NCBI GenBank assembly: GCA_963843925.1
Contig: CAWJML010000004.1
Coordinates: forward strand, 289,123-353,122
Direction: 5' to 3'
Length of the DNA stretch: 64,000 nucleotides
Source: an uncultured Chloroflexia bacterium
GTDB taxonomy: Bacteria > Chloroflexota > Anaerolineae > Anaerolineales > Villigracilaceae
Part shown: positions 62,704 to 64,000 of the stretch, piece by piece
Layout of the letters: each line of letters starts with the position of its first letter
How positions within the stretch are numbered: the first letter of the stretch is position 1
Made by a program: the position numbers and the translations under genes
The notes under the pieces: generated by a model
Databases searched by the model: none
The model's input: the letters and a program-made list of their open reading frames with translations, nothing else
Told to the model about the DNA's origin: nothing

Positions 62704-63231
62704 ATGAATTTGACTCTCATCCTTTTTTTTGTCCTGGCCGCCGTTGCTTTCGCCTCGGCCGTTGGCCTTCTGGTCAGCCGCAACGCGGTTTATGCCGCAC
62801 TGTTCCTCGTGTTGAACTTTGCCTCGGTTGCGGTCTTCTACTTGATTTTGGGCGCTCCGTTCATTGCCCTCGCCCAGGTGACGGTTTATGCCGGCGCCAT
62901 CATGGTGCTCTTCCTCTTTGTCATCATGTTGCTTGGTGCGGAGAAATTGCCGCGCGGGAATGTACTGCCCTGGCAGCGGCCAGTCGCGATCGGACTTACA
63001 GTTGTACTCCTGGCAGAGGCGGGTCTGCTGCTCTTCCAGCGCCTCACCACGATTTCTACTCAACTCGCCAATCCGGATGCCGCTGTCAATACGACTGCCG
63101 CCCTTCAGTCCCTGGCTTTACTGTTATTCAACCAGTACTTGCTGCCCTTTGAGGTGACCTCCATCCTGCTGTTGGTAGCAATGGTGGGAGTCATTGTCCT
63201 TACGAAAAAAGAGAAGGGAGAACAGGCATAA
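62704..63231 (+). CDS. nuoJ: NADH-quinone oxidoreductase subunit J
   Basis: 175-aa hydrophobic protein. [20 protein letters not shown] is typical of NuoJ. Its operon position also fits. Confidence 0.9.
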   Translation: MNLTLILFFVLAAVAFASAVGLLVSRNAVYAALFLVLNFASVAVFYLILGAPFIALAQVTVYAGAIMVLFLFVIMLLGAEKLPRGNVLPWQRPVAIGLTVVLLAEAGLLLFQRLTTISTQLANPDAAVNTTAALQSLALLLFNQYLLPFEVTSILLLVAMVGVIVLTKKEKGEQA

Positions 63232-63542
63232 TGGCAGGATCGATACCTCTCTCTTATTACATTGCGCTGTCAGTGCTCCTGTTCACCCTGGGAACTCTGG
63301 GTGTCCTCATTCGCCGCAACCCGCTGATCATCTTTATGTCGGTCGAGTTGATGCTGAACGCGGCTAACCTCGCATTCCTGGCCTTTTCCCGTTTCTTCAA
63401 TGTGCTCACAGGTCAGATCTTCGTTTTCTTTGTGATGACGGTGTCCGCTGCTGAGGTCGCGGTCGGCTTGGCTCTTATCGTTATCATCTTTCGCAGCAAA
63501 CACAGCATTGATGTTGATCTCATGAACAGTCTGAAAGGATAA
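63231..63542 (+). CDS. nuoK: NADH-quinone oxidoreductase subunit K
   Basis: 103 aa. [17 protein letters not shown] and [12 protein letters not shown]. Confidence 0.93.
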   Translation: MAGSIPLSYYIALSVLLFTLGTLGVLIRRNPLIIFMSVELMLNAANLAFLAFSRFFNVLTGQIFVFFVMTVSAAEVAVGLALIVIIFRSKHSIDVDLMNSLKG

Positions 63543-63549
63543 TCCTCCA

Positions 63550-64000
63550 ATGCCATCTTCCGGATTGTTCTCTCTTGTTCCCTTGATCGTTCTCCTGCCG
63601 GTGGTCGGGCTGCTGGTCAACCTGATATTCGGTGGGCGCATGAGCGAAAAGGCCATCGGCGTGGTCGCCAGCGTCGCCTCCGGGCTGGCTTTCGTCGTCG
63701 CCGCCATCCTTGGGTATGCACTTTGGTCCGGAACCGGCGATGCGGTCATTGTTCCGTTTGCCGACTGGATCCATATCGGCGATCTAAATGTGGCCTGGAA
63801 TTTCCGGGTTGACACGCTCTCGGTGTTGATGATGCTGGTGGTGGCAGGCGTGGGCACGTTGATCCATATTTACGCCATCGGCTACATGCACGAAGATGTA
63901 CGCTTCAAGAACGATCCCAGACGTTTCCGCCGCTTCTTCGTTTTCATGAACCTCTTTATCGCCATGATGATGATCCTGGTCAGCGGCGACAGTTACCTGA
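63550..64000 (+). CDS. nuoL: NADH-quinone oxidoreductase subunit L (5' part; continues beyond the window)
   Basis: ATG 63550 opens a frame that stays open to the window end. WNFRVDTLSVLMMLVVAGVGTLIHIYAIGYMHED is the conserved NuoL N-terminal motif. Confidence 0.9.
   Translation, partial: MPSSGLFSLVPLIVLLPVVGLLVNLIFGGRMSEKAIGVVASVASGLAFVVAAILGYALWSGTGDAVIVPFADWIHIGDLNVAWNFRVDTLSVLMMLVVAGVGTLIHIYAIGYMHEDVRFKNDPRRFRRFFVFMNLFIAMMMILVSGDSYL

Overview
This is a chromosomal window of about 50 tightly packed housekeeping genes. I saw no transposase, integrase, phage gene or CRISPR array. Gene content and protein style suggest a Chloroflexota or Anaerolineae-like organism, but that is inference only.

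Content from left to right:
- GntR regulator, SPFH protein, DUF4177, GAF histidine kinase, PEP/pyruvate-binding protein and a GT87-like membrane protein.
- dnaN, a peroxiredoxin-like gene, a T-box leader with trpB2, a membrane protein, gyrB and arcA.
- comEC, a methyltransferase, a DEAD-box helicase, a DinB-like protein, an aminotransferase and a sugar nucleotidyltransferase.
- Chromate transporter, pepF, pcrA/uvrD and mscL.
- An unusual 11-kb peptide/nickel-type ABC locus, a REC-domain protein and tRNA-Gln(UUG).
- glmU, cdd, recO, a geranylgeranyl-reductase-like flavoprotein, fused glyQS, a TPR-thioredoxin protein, dnaG-rpoD and nuoA to nuoL (nuoL runs off the end).

Main second-look items:
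1. The AhpC/TSA-like gene at 8650-9129 is interrupted only by an in-frame TGA, exactly at the first Cys of its CxxC motif (read as UxxC). A SECIS-like hairpin lies downstream, so it is a candidate selenoprotein.
2. The second substrate-binding lipoprotein of the ABC locus (34278-36305) is circularly permuted relative to the canonical family-5 order, which its neighbour at 29936-31864 shows.
3. The ABC locus has 2 binding proteins and 2 ATPase pairs but only 1 permease pair, with strong internal hairpins.
4. Ten genes, including glyQS and nuoF/G/H, carry frame breaks that nearly all behave as net +1 nt insertions. This looks like an insertion-biased assembly error signature rather than biology.
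5. Candidate regulatory sites: a Trp T-box, twin GTTTCACGTGAAAC palindromes, a LexA (Cheo)-type box inside a promoter-like element, and a Rex-like operator upstream of nuoA.

All homology calls come from motif recognition by eye. No searches were run.
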